The position numbers and the translations under genes were made by a program. The notes beneath the pieces were generated by a model, which worked only from the letters and a program-made list of their open reading frames with translations, was not told the DNA's origin and ran no database searches. This document shows, one piece after another, positions 49,896 through 62,361 of a stretch of 64,000 nt of DNA (position 1 is its first letter; each line of letters opens with the position of its first letter). The stretch spans positions 161,440 through 225,439 of the forward strand of contig QPMI01000609.1 of assembly GCA_004431415.1 (NCBI GenBank), in the 5' to 3' direction. Source of the stretch: Cyanophora paradoxa CCMP329 (Eukaryota; Plantae; Glaucophyta).

Positions 49896-50389
49896 CCGCT
49901 TTCACTCTGGTTCACAGTCCCGCTGCACGCTTTCACTCCGGTTCGCAGCACCGGTGCAAGTTTCGCTCCCACTGTTCGCAATTGCCCGCTTTCACTCCAG
50001 TTCACAGCCCGGCTGCCATGTCTTAGCTGTGACCCCAAGCATGCAAGTACGGCGGCATCCACTGCGAGGGCACGCCACCAGCCACCCGACTCACAACGCC
50101 CCCACTGCCCACCTCCGTGGTTCGGGCCGGTAACATTTGATCACATCGCAGTGCATCCATGGCCCTGCTCCGGCACCAGCCGGCGCCCGCCCACCGGCCA
50201 TCCGGCGCCTCGTATATGCTGCCCCCATCACCTCCAGCGCCCGCGCCGCTGCCACCCAACGCCCTACGGTTCCACTGCAGGCTCCAAGGTAGGAAGGACG
50301 GCGGTCGCAACATTGGAAAGCACGCAAGCGGCCAACATCCGCCCCCACTAGGGCTCAGACACAGCCATCCACAAATATGGACTGTATTC

Positions 50390-51060
50390 AAAATATCACA
50401 TGTTCTTCGGACCAGGACACTGCTCTCTAAACGAGGAAGTAACTGAGTCGCAAGGTCTCTGACGGGCATGGAAGCATCAAGACGAATCACGGGTAAAGTG
50501 CGACTGGACTCGAGAGAGAATATCCAGTCACTATAACGTGCGTGGAGTCCTGGTATAGTACTGAGAGCTTCGTGATTATCTCCCGGGAAAGAGCCTCTCC
50601 ATACAGATGCAGGTGATACATCTAGTGATACGACAGCAAGTGGATCGTGAAATGAAAGAGATGCCTGAATTTCTTGCAGCAAACACGCTCCGCATCCGTG
50701 AGGTAACCACGGGCGTACCAGTACTCTGCAAAGATTTCCTGTGAGGAAAGATGGCAGCGCTCGACGAGACCAACAAGCGGGCGATCGTGATAGGCAGAAC
50801 TACATGCATTCAAAGCTGACAGTTGCTGTAAGTGGGTTGAATGGGAAAGGAACGCTCGAAGTTGCATGCCAAGTACGGCACCAGGTTGCGGGCGCCTTCC
50901 GCAAAATGCCAGTCAACCATGGTTTCCATAGATGCAGAGGCTCGGGAAAGATGCGAAACTTGACCGCGCAGTTTACTTCCGCGGCGACTACCATCAAGTC
51001 GGAAATGAGCGTGCTTTTACCCGCTCCGGAGGCGCTTCGAACGCTATATACGGGGAAGCA
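50390..51060 (-). CDS. Deoxynucleoside kinase (dNK family), frameshifted
   Basis: Collinear motifs across 1-bp shifts: YIAFE(G)ASGAGKSTLI (P-loop, 51010-51050), FPEPLHLWKPWL, QLRAFLS, LVERCHLSSQEIFAEYWYARGYLTDAE, VVSLDVSP, LHARYSDWI, PVIRLDA. Confidence 0.8.
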
Positions 51061-51959
51061 TCGCCTTGCGATCCACGCGTACGGTCGTCGGTGCGGCGTC
51101 TACAGATTGCATGATATAATTATACTACTATGTGATGAAAATGACATTCGAGGGGTACAGTCGCAATTCGAAACTTCGTAACTGAGGACCAAACAGCACC
51201 TGAAGCTGCCTATAGTAGTAACTTCTTGCCATTACAAGACATACGGTACATTGGTTCTCGCAAGACCTTTCAGCTGAAGCGTGGACGGATCATCCACGCA
51301 TCACGTCAGGTGCCATGCATAGCGAGCCGCGCGAGTTGTGATCTGATTCAACTGATCGATAACAGCACAGAACGACAATTCATCCGGCGCATCTGCTCAG
51401 CGTCGTCGAACGACAATTCATCCGCGCATCTGCTCAGCGGATTGTACGGTGTAAGTAGCGGCGCACGCGTAGACAACCCTCGCACGGGAAATGCAGTTTT
51501 TTATCTCTGAACCTTCGGATCATTCAACTGGACGGACCTCTTAATAGCACTGTCGATAGACAGTACGGAGGAGGATGCGGGTTTGGAGCACATGGACAAG
51601 CAAGTGCCCTACGGACGATGGGCCAAACTTGGGCTGTATCCGTGGGCCAGCTTGCAACAAGCCAACAGCACTTTACAACAAACCAATGACACATCAGACA
51701 CCGTCAATCCTGGGCGACTACTGCTAGTATTGAGGATGTGGAAGATATCCCGGCCCTCATACCAGCATCGGTCATAGATCATGTGCATCTTCAAATATGG
51801 ACTTCGTGTGCATTGCAGCGCGAAGAATAAGAATATATATACAGGCACAAACACCTCTAAACTAGCGTAACTGGGTCTGCATTGTAAGCACCGTAGCTGT
51901 AAGTAATTAGGTCTAAGGAACTAGCGCAGAATAGTGGTGGTTTCTGACAGAAAACAGAG

Positions 51960-52260
51960 TACCGTCTACATGAAATATGCCGTGGTATAACAGAAGCAAA
52001 GGACGCATGTACGCACGGCAGGAGGCATGTGATAAGTACCATCCATTCCGGTGTGAATATACGGAAGCGGCGATTGACGCTCCTATCTTCGAAGAATACC
52101 ATTATAGGTCTACCTAGATATGCAGCGCAGAAGGCGACTTCCAGATTTGTGGCTGCGGCGATAACAGTCAATTATGAAACCGAACAGACCGCTGAAGGCA
52201 ATACATTACATCAGTTCTCGGATCTCGCATGCGGCTGCAGTACGAATGCAGAACGGAGGC
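51960..52260 (-). CDS. OTU-like cysteine protease remnant downstream of the helicase
   Basis: Degenerate D(G)N near 52215, ATNLEVAFCAAYLGRPIMVF (compare OTU WG..lEi.a.a..l...I.V), and PLLLLYHG in a shifted frame. OTU domains are known in Helentrons. The catalytic Cys is not readable. Confidence 0.45.
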
Positions 52261-52949
52261 CCAAAATTGTGAGCCGGTTGCCATGGGGTACGTCGGGTAC
52301 GGCAGCTGAGTTGAGTAAAGGAAAAGAGGATGCATCGGATTAATGGACATCATCAGATCAACCACGTCGGAACGCAATCGATCCGCCAATCACATTTATC
52401 ACTATTACGCGTAAAAATAGGAAGGGTCCTTCGCAATCATGCTGTCAATTATTGACAAAAACATGCATCGTCCTGCTCCAGAATTACTGCGTGGAATGCC
52501 GCATCAGCCACTGGGAACTGCATTCTAAATACGAGACATATCAGATATAATAAAGGCGGACCTCACTGGAATTAGTTAGGAGAGACTGTAGCGGAAAGCA
52601 ACACGTTATGCATTCCATGTCGTAGATACGGGCAGACATTACACCAGCTATCGATAGTCGCATATCCGGAGGAACAAGCATGGCGCAGTGGATGCAGGTG
52701 AGGGATGCGACGAGTTACGATCACAGGTTCCTTCAGTGGCAATGAACCCCAAAGCTGCACTACACGACGCCTGCTCAAAGCAGCTGACAAATTCCGTGGT
52801 GGAAGAGCGTGGGTCGTGTGGGTAAGAGAGAAGTCGACGAAGTAGGCGTCGTCCGATCACGAGGTACACTGGAAGGCATCGCTGAAGAGCTCGAGGAAAG
52901 GATGCAGCGGATCGCTTGTTCGTCGACGTTAAGTAGACTCATTGCGCTT

Positions 52950-55900
52950 ACGCTTTGGAGTCTTGGGAGATGCACGCGGTGGGTCGGTGTGAGATACACG
53001 CGGGGGTCGGTAGAAGGAGCATCAATGCGTGTACGAGTACCGCAGCGCCAGACTTGGGAGTCGATGCAAATTTCTCGGCCAAGGTGCGCTGCTCTTCTAC
53101 CACCAGTTGCGGTTTAGCGACTTCAAAAACAGACGTGCCCAAGCGATATGAAGATTGTCTGACGGACACAATCCGCGTGGCCAGTGCACGGAGCCGGGCA
53201 TTCTCCCGTATATCCGACGGATTCGGAGCGAAGTACAACCAGCGGTCGAGTGACGGAGTGCTGCACATTGCAATGTCGGTAACTCGGAGACGTCGCTGTC
53301 GGAATCCATTGTGCCAGTGGGATCGCAGATTGGTGCGCACGTCCTTTGCCTTTCTTCCGTCTAGCCATAGGGTCACGCAGTACATTGGTGAAAATGATGT
53401 CCGCAGATGATCGAACCGACTACATGCGACATACGCCATGTTGTAGGTGAAAGCGCGTGACAAATCAACGACTATCTTGACAGTGTGAGGCCTTGACACT
53501 TGTGAACGGTTACAGCCCACGCCAGACGAAAAGGGAACTGAGTGCGAGAAGGAGCGGAACTTGTAGATTTTGCCGCATTCGTCAAACCAGGAATCACTTC
53601 GTGCTCAGTTTGAGTAGGCAGTGCTGAAGACTTGTCGTGGATAACTGGTTCGTTGATATGTCACGCTCAGACGGCTCAACACGTACGGCCTGGTAATCAA
53701 CACCGGCCAGTGTCACTTTCGTACGTCCGCGCTTCCTGCCGACTTTGTCGTCGTCAAAAGCCACATACATGGCAACTGGAGAATTCTTGTCAAGTAGCCG
53801 AACAGTCGACGAAGCTGTAGGTACTGGACCGTCAAACTCCCATCCAACCAGCGTCCAGCGCGCCATTTACAAGACATCGTGCGTGTCCTCATTGATGATC
53901 ATCATAACCCGCGAGCCAAGCAGAAGGTGAACTTCGCCAATAAGAGGTCGCCATTTTATTCTGCACCACGAACGCACAAGCTTAAAAAACAACTGATACT
54001 CTGGCGGACATGGGTTCGTACCTCAACCGGTTCAGCTGGTTTACACGTTTGGATTTGTGATCATACTCTCCTTCATCGAAAGCTCAAGTGTGATAATCGG
54101 AGCCAAATACCGACGGGACGTTGCAAAGAGACGATCATTGTTGTAATTCAGTACTTCTCTGTTGCAAGGGAAGACTCGCAACGCTGTTTCCCAGGCGGGG
54201 GATGCTAGTTCGCAAGCCAGTGCAGCATACCCCGACGGTTCTCCTCGGGGTTCACAGATCTGCACGGTGCGTTCACAGAAAGGCGAGCGGCGGTGCAATA
54301 CAGGGATGTAATGGTTTCAGAACGTACCTGGACAGAATGAATTGCTTATCACGGTCATCAAATTCTCCGACTCGTAATCGCAAACATGTGTCACGCCACA
54401 TGGTGTCTCCAGCTTGCCTGACGACCTCATCGAGGAAGATAGGGTGAAACAAAGACAGCCACAGGTGAATATCATCAACCAGTTCGCCACTGCGCTTGAA
54501 GGTACGCCACATCCGTCTTTCGAAAATGTTGTAAATCCGTTTCTCCTGCACTGGCGGAAGTTGGAAGAAATCCCGAAGCACAGGATAGATTTCCCTGCGA
54601 ACGGCTCCGCCACCTGGAAGATCTCCTGTAACCGCTGATTGATTCGAGGAAAGTTCTTGCCGCCAACAAAGCTGATCTCGTCAATAATGATAAGTTCGAC
54701 ATCACGGAACCTTGCATTCAATTGGCACGCTCGGGCGCAGATAAAGGATAGAATGTATTTTTTCGCCGTGTTTGGGAGGAGCCCAAAAGCTAGCACAGAT
54801 GACACGGTGCTACCTCGATGTTGAAGGATGCCACGCCAGACCAGGACATGAGTAATATGCCGCCATTGCCACACGGTTGCTGCATGTTTGCGTGGTCACG
54901 ACTCCAGTTGAGCATGTACTTAACAATGGTTTTGATAAGAAAAGATTTGCCAGTCCCGCCTGGACCAACACACGCAATGTGCAGAGGCTGCTTAGGGGAT
55001 ACGACAGGAAGCTCTTTGTGACGACATTCGGCATCCGGAATTAGCGGCCACAATAGATTTGTACCTGTTCATATAGTACAATTAATAAAGATCACCACAC
55101 CATCTAGAGCACGAGCAGCGTACTCAGCTTGGTTGAGTAGTGCTTTTCGAGCCGAGTTGTCATCTGACGAATCGCAACCATCAATTCCGCTGCCTTGGCT
55201 TCAGCTTATCCTCATTTCCGAGAGGCTCATCGAATCGAGGTCATGTAAATCAACTCCCGAAGAGGCGGGGGTCCAGCAGAGGTGCGGTAGGAACATCATC
55301 CGCACCAGAGGGCTGAAGTCATCCGCACCAGAGGGCCGAAATAGATACGTCGGAGTGGGCAGTGCCGACAACGTTGCATCACGCGCTACCGTTGACGTAA
55401 CTCGCGTCGGTACTATCGATGGCTCGTCACGAACGTCGTCGACCCCATTAAAGCCGACTGTTGGCCCAGGCGCAGGTGATGTACAGAAGAAGCAGTGCCA
55501 TTGTGGACCGGTTATCCGGTTTAAATTCTTGCCGGCGACCAAGCGAGCATCACGATCGAACTTCTGGAGGACCGTTCAATCCGGGCAGCCATTTGACAGT
55601 GAGTGAACTGAATATTGTACTCGATAGTAGCACGATGCCGGGTGACGGCAGCAGAAATGACGGCAGGAGTAACTTCATCTCGGACTCAACACCAAGTAAA
55701 TCACGTAGCTCGTTCCGAAATGGTACGTGCATCAACAGCAGACTGTACAGGCCTTCGGGTCACCATCCTTTGGAATTCGCACTCTCACAGTCCTCGGTCG
55801 ACGTCGCTGTTGAAGGATGTGGCGTTGAAAGGGCCTCAACAGAGAAGACCGAGGGCACACACTGCGCAGGCAATAAATGAGATAGAGCTCGAGGGCACGT

Positions 55901-58900
55901 GAGAACAAACGAATTACGACGTAAACGTTCACCTGGATCCCGCCTTCTTTGAGCGCAAGGGTGCAGTACTTTGCGGATGCTGTTTCGAATCTCTGCATTC
56001 GCCCACGCGGGATTAGGCTCCCAATCATTGAGTTCCGCTCATCCTCGTCTCCCTCACAATCAACGTTTTCAGACGTGAGATTTGCGTCTGGCCGCCTCCT
56101 TTTGGTGCATCACCAAGAAATGTAAGTTAAACCAGTTCATGTACTGCATGAAGGTTATAGATTCGAAGACAGGTTCTGCACCTGAGCAAGAAGAAATGTC
56201 AGTCAGTAGCGAGATTTCATTTGTACAATAAAAGACAGATTGGACACCGTCGGGATCCTTACTGCGAGCCATATAGTAATCAACCTGGTCGTCGGCCCAA
56301 GCATCTTGATCGTTCGGATTATGTTGCATTCGAAATTCGAGCTCCCGTTTATGCCGCAGGTGCTTTCCACGTTTACCAGGAGGTAGGCCCCGACAGAGCA
56401 CGATGATCGTGACGAAAAAAACAACGGAATGCCTGGACAGAGTGCCAAGCATGAGCATGCTGCATGGTTACAGGCGATGATATACATAAATGAGGCATAA
56501 TTATAATACTGGCTTACATTGATGCTACGCACCTAGACAATACAACCCAGCTTCCTGCTTGGACATTGTGCGACACCCAACATGGCATTTCGCATCTATT
56601 TCGCAATGCCGGTAGAGTTAATTTAGGGAACCGCGCAGCATCAGAAATGAGAAACATTACTTTTAGGAGGATCTGGTTAGTTGACGCATCCTCTGGTAGG
56701 TCATTTAGGACGTTTTCCACCGCCTTCATCTCCTCCGTCTCGTCTTTGGTCATATACCCTAAAATGTAAGCTGCTATCTTGTACGGATTTGTGACGATTT
56801 GGATATCCATATTAGCTTGCCAGAGCTGGATGATAATGTTGTGGAAATTGTTCGTGTAGCGATCATCCTGTGTGAAGCGCCTAAATATCACTTCCCGGTC
56901 CCCACGACACATAAACGTTCTTCGTGAGAGCTCCGCAGATGCGTTTTGGCGGCAAACACATGTGGAATCCGAAGCGACACTTGCACCGCTCCTTGTACTC
57001 GGCCATAAATTTGGCGATCCGGGCTGAACGAGCCACGTGCTCGTGCGGAGCAGCTTTTTCCATGGCCTGTAGCTGGTCTTCTAGCACGTTCAGCTTCGTG
57101 GCATCAGTGATAGGGTCATGCAACTCGGCGTTTTCGTCGACGTCGCAAGCTTGCGACGGCGACGAAATTTGCCCACTGCGGCGGGATCGATGCGACATGT
57201 GTGAGAGTGTTTATGTCGATTGAATCGTGCCACGTAGTCCTGTAGGCGGGGTGTAGCCCATTCTTGGGCGAAAGGACCTTCCGTCCGAGTTGCTACATTC
57301 AAGATTAATAGTGTGCAGCATCCTGGAAATTAGCAACAACGGTAATGGCTTACCTCGGTCTGAACAACCGTATCCAGCCACGCGCAGACTTGTTCGCCAT
57401 TGAAACCGGGTCTGCGGGGTCTAGGACGGGCGGGGCGTCGTGACACCATCTCGGTGCGCTCGCCCAGCCAATCACCAAATGTGCGTGAAGCGACCCTCGA
57501 CTCTGAACTTCATACCTTTGTAGAAACAGGTAAGACAGCAAATGTGCAGGGTCACAGGATTCAAAAACATCGGCGCACCGGACAAAGAAATCAACAACAG
57601 GCCAACCAAAAAGCACTTCACCAGCCGTAGATTGAAGAGGTCAAGCATGGCGCGAACCGTTCATCAAAATGCTCAGCCACAATGCCAGGATTCTCGTTCA
57701 GCAATTTTACAACATCGTCCCGATTCTTAGTAAATTCGGCGACGGCGGCGCTGACGGGAACTTGACAGGATCGATGGCCCGAAGAAGATCGGGCCAATGT
57801 AGATCATCGCTGACAGCGTCATATAAATATGAGGAAATCCGATTGTCGTAAACATGCTGTGTAATTTATTTCGTGCATTGTTCCAGTATGCGGCGGTTCC
57901 ACGAACCTGTACATGTGGTCTCGGACACATTAGCCCAAGGTCGGAAGTGCAATGAACACAAACATAAATTCACATTACGAGTCATCGTACGATAACACGC
58001 GTGCGAATGGCGAGAGCATCTAAGGAATGATCTTCAACAGTACTGTTGATTAAATTAAAGCGTCAGCAACCGTCATGGTGGTCGTTGACGTGACAGCATG
58101 TGCCTCGCGGTTTTCGCTGAAACAGCATTGACGATATTATCTCTGACAAAGTTAAATCCACGCCACGCATCGTCATCGAGTATAATCGAAATCGAATAAG
58201 AAGAGCGGCCGTCGCGTTGAAATGGCGGATGATGACGCGAGGCAACGGTGGGAAAAATTCACGTGCCGACAGTTGGATCGGTCTAGCTGGTCGTGTAAAC
58301 CATGCGTGCCTGACAATAAATTAGGAATGATATCAAATGTGACATTGGTCGCGGGCGCATCGCACCTGTTGAAAACAGACAGAAGGAGCACACATCTGTT
58401 TCCGGCGAATGGCACGCAGAATACGACCATCGTTCACAGAAGGTGCTGAGGGAAGTCCCTTTAAATTGACGAACCGACGGCAGATAGGACGGTCATGTGA
58501 GCCGAATCAGCATCGTCGTGTTTCCGATGTTGCGCTATCAGATCTCCGTGTCGCGAGGATTAATGACATTATCTGTCGTGCAGCATTCCACTTATCTATT
58601 TCTGCTAACAACTCCGATCGTTGGATCCCGTAGTTGTATGTTCTGATAATATATGTGTTTTGTAGTGTCACGAAGGCACTCAAGAACCTCGAAGCACCGG
58701 TCCAACCTGACACGATTATACCAGTCTCCCCACCTTTCGGCTTTCGCTGGTTGACCAAGCAAACTTTCCTCTAGGTGGCAGAGGAAATATTGATTGATGT
58801 TATTGATGGGATTGCACGGTACAAAGATAACGCGCCCTTGCGAGCCGAGCTGCCTTCACCGATCTCCGACGTTTTTCCTTTCGGCCCGGACGTGAATTAA

Positions 58901-60100
58901 CTGAGAATAGCAGGGCACGTGCAATATGAGCGACAACAAGATGACTCGCATTATACTGACAGACTCCGAACCTGTAATATTAACCCGTTGGCACATCAAT
59001 AATTCGGGTAGGTTAAGTCGGATAGAAGGTACGTGTACGTCATCCACATCCACACAATGCAGACGGTTCTTTGCACCGCTGAATTAGGTATAGTGTAGTG
59101 ACCGAGCAGTCCGAAAATACTTGGAACGCACCAAACTTGAGAGGGCAGAAGGTCGATCGGGGGCACACTTGAAAGCATATACACCGGCTGCAAATTCAAC
59201 TGTAGCTTGTGACGAAGGTATTCCGTGTAGCTTCATAATTGAACAGACATGACATCGCACGTCGCCCGTCACGCACTGACAGTCCTTACTGTACTATACG
59301 AGGTACTAGTACTCTCAGAGGCGATGCACTTGCACCGCAGAATATGTAATTTGTCTGCACGTCGTGATTCGGTGCAGCAACTACAAGTGCCCGATGCAGT
59401 ATAGCTTGAGAAGAACACTCTTGCAGCATCCTTCAGATCGAGATTGAGATTTCATTCCAGAATTGTACAGGTTCATAGCTTGCAGAGTCAGCAACAAACT
59501 AATGCAGGTTATAAGATGCAGAATAAATGCACTTTGCTAAAATGGTTTCAAAGTTGGCATGACGTTCCAGCGACCGATTACGCTGGGTGAAAACTTCGAA
59601 GTGCGCTCCTAGCATGTTCCGCGGTCCAACGAGAGTTAGATGCGTGACGAACTGCAGCACTGATATGTTAAGAATGAGAGAAGGCACGAAATGCAAAATA
59701 AAGAAACTCACCGGTATCGGCAGTCCGCAATGTCTGTCTATCCGCATTCGAATATTCGCTCCGACGGACAGACGCACGATTTTGCCCTACATCCGTACAG
59801 TTCAGGTAAGAGACCCGGAGAACAATCGCATTGAGACCCACACGTACGTAGCCGGCCTACATGATGCACGGACACACGGTGTGCATCCCAAGCTGGACGG
59901 TCGGCGAGGACCATGGCACAATATCCGCATGGGAAAATACCATCACGTGTAGTGTCATGTGCCCCTGCCATATGGTACCGCAAATCATGCTCGGTACGGA
60001 ATGCTGCGGTGCATGACGCAAGGACGGTACATCTATAGAAGAACTGCGACAAAAACTGAATTCAAGAACGAGCAAAAGATGTGCACAGCACATCGCAACG
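52950..60100 (-). CDS. Helentron-type RepHel: N-terminal C2H2 zinc fingers, HUH (Y2) Rep, Pif1-family SF1B helicase; spliced, with many frameshifts
   Basis: Zinc fingers CTVLASC...HMAGAH and CGYC...HRVSVH (~59860-60040); VRGTAAYW..KLHSM..GFPHIYMTLSA; YEVQSRGSLHAH (HUH); HKHSHTC, CRFGF; WQANMDIQ..YKIAAYILGYMTKDE; GPGGTGKS; IIIDEISFVG; DFFQLPPV; LDEVVRQ; TVHKCQGLT; MAYVACSR. Confidence 0.92.
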
Positions 60101-61961
60101 TCACCTCCGCGGATAAACTTGCGCTAGTCCCAGTTAGGTGATGAGCAGGTCGGATATATTACTTGCAATGTACTGAATCGGCGGATTGCAAGGTGCCTGG
60201 TAACAAGGACATCAGCATCCAGTGCACAGCACCCAAGGCAAGAACATTAGATGCGCACAAACGATGGAGCAGGTAATGACATGAAGTGCGAGTGAGAAGA
60301 GGGGAATTCATACATAAATTGCCTAGGAAGTGCAACAAGAGTTGCCATTTGAAAAGCTGTTACTGCTCTCATAATTATAAGTCAAGCTAACAAAGCGTCA
60401 CCATCACGGATTACCTGGCGCGATACAGTGTCTTGCCAGTGGTAGTGATCCTTGAATTAACAACCAGGTGACAAGATATACAGCGACGACGCTTGACAAA
60501 AACAGAGTGTAGGTACAGCGACGACTCTCGACAGAACCAGGTCGTAAGATTCTACGCGCATGCGCCCGATTAAAGCAGAGTAAGGTAGAGGACGCGATGT
60601 TCAACATATGCCAACGCCAATACGCACATGACTTGCTAGCGAAAGTAGTTGGAATCTGGACTCGACGGCGGCAGCTAGCATGCGACCTAAAGTAGCTTTC
60701 AGCGGGAACTGGCGGGTCCCGAGAAAACACGCTGGCACGCACGTGATCAGCCGTACTCCCGCCCTTGCGGCCGCCACCAAGGCGATAGTGCGCACTACGT
60801 ACGCGGTCCACCGATGTACCAGTAGCCGTTCGATGGAACCAAAGCTGATCAATCGGCGAAACTAACAACCTTGCGCCGGTAGCGATGAGAAACCGCTACC
60901 AAGTACTCGTGCAAGCTTGACCCGCGTTCCGGTAGCCGGTCGCAGCAGCTGCAGGTCCCATGCGCGGTAACTAAAGAACGCCGGTGCGGAGGCAATCAGC
61001 TGCAGTCATCCAGGGGGTGCTTCAAACAAAAGACCTGATGACCACGTAATTCATACTGAATCCGATAGCTGGTCGCGCAACGGTAACGGCATTACCAGAA
61101 CGGCCGTCAAAACGGGTACTGTATTACATTGATGCCTGAAGATTGCATAAACGAGAGCACGAAAACGCGCGAACATGAAACCATTACTATAGCTGAAATT
61201 CGTTAGTCGATGAGACAAGTTGATACCAGAGTATACGTAAAGTAGCGCGATCGCAACTCAGAGTCCCACTTGTCGACCTCGGCCGTAGTCTGCCGAAGTG
61301 TAAAAGGGTCCGAATACTTCGTAACATTGGCGTTGGAAAGACTCCCGTAGGTTGGGCAGCTGCAACCCTGAAGCCGGCTAGGGGGCCCGTGTGGGGTAGG
61401 CTCTTCCTCCTTCGCCTCATCGTTTTGACAATATTAATATTGGTACTTTCTCGAAAGGAGGTTGACGTGACCAGCCGTGACCAGCCTGATATCGCACCGC
61501 ATACGGCAATGAAGCGGTCTCGGTGCGCAAATCACGCGCGAAGAGGAAATGCGCGCACGAGAGCTGCTCACTTGGACGCCGAGCCGCGCAGCCCATCGCC
61601 GAACGACAAGGACCGGTACGAAGCTGCACACAGCAACACGCACCGTCCTGGCCTTTCGGACGGCGTGCAGCAGGTGTGCACGCGCTGACGGCTCACAATC
61701 ACGACGAAGATGACGCTCACTCGTAGTGCTGCGGCGCTGCAGCAGGCCTACAGTACCGTGTATAATATGAGCTTAATAGCAAGTTCCAAGGGCAACAGCG
61801 ATCTTCAGGGTATGCCACGGCCGCTAGGCATGGCGGAGTACATCACGAGATACGTCGTCGCCTCCAGTATCCCAAGTACAGTAGCTACAGTACCCGATCT
61901 GGACCTTAAGCCTGCAGCTACAAAAGAATGAGAGTGTGTGCATGTGTGCTACAGACAGCGA

Positions 61962-62027
61962 GTTCGTGTACTCTACAAATCATTTGATCACAATTTCGTG
62001 TACTCTACAAATCAGTTGATCACAATT
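61962..62027. repeat. 32-33-bp tandem duplication
   Basis: TTCGTGTACTCTACAAATCA(T/G)TTGATCACAAT x2. Confidence 0.8.
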
Positions 62028-62361
62028 ACGAAAAGAGACATGCTCAAGAAGTGCAGGTAGCTATATAGATACAGGCTAGACTACAGCCCTGCAGCTTCCG
62101 AGTGCGATGCGCGTGAGGCCCGAGAAGCCTAATCAAGTGCATGGATTGAATCCATGTGCCGGATGAAGAAGTCCTTTGCCTCCTGGCTGCAACTAAAAAA
62201 ATACAGCGGCGGCTGAAGCAGAAGATACCCGAGCTTGAAATGCAAGATGGTCGGACACCCTGGCACCAATTTGCAGGAGGAGTGCGATCAGTGTGGCTTC
62301 ATGAATACCAAAACTAAATTAAAACAGCATCTACATAGCCTATTTGCAGGAAGCATATATA

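Noticed and set aside
51609-51854. Second dNK domain (IYDRCWYEGRDIF)
   Set aside because: A single motif-like stretch with no P-loop; the upstream segment fits OTU better.
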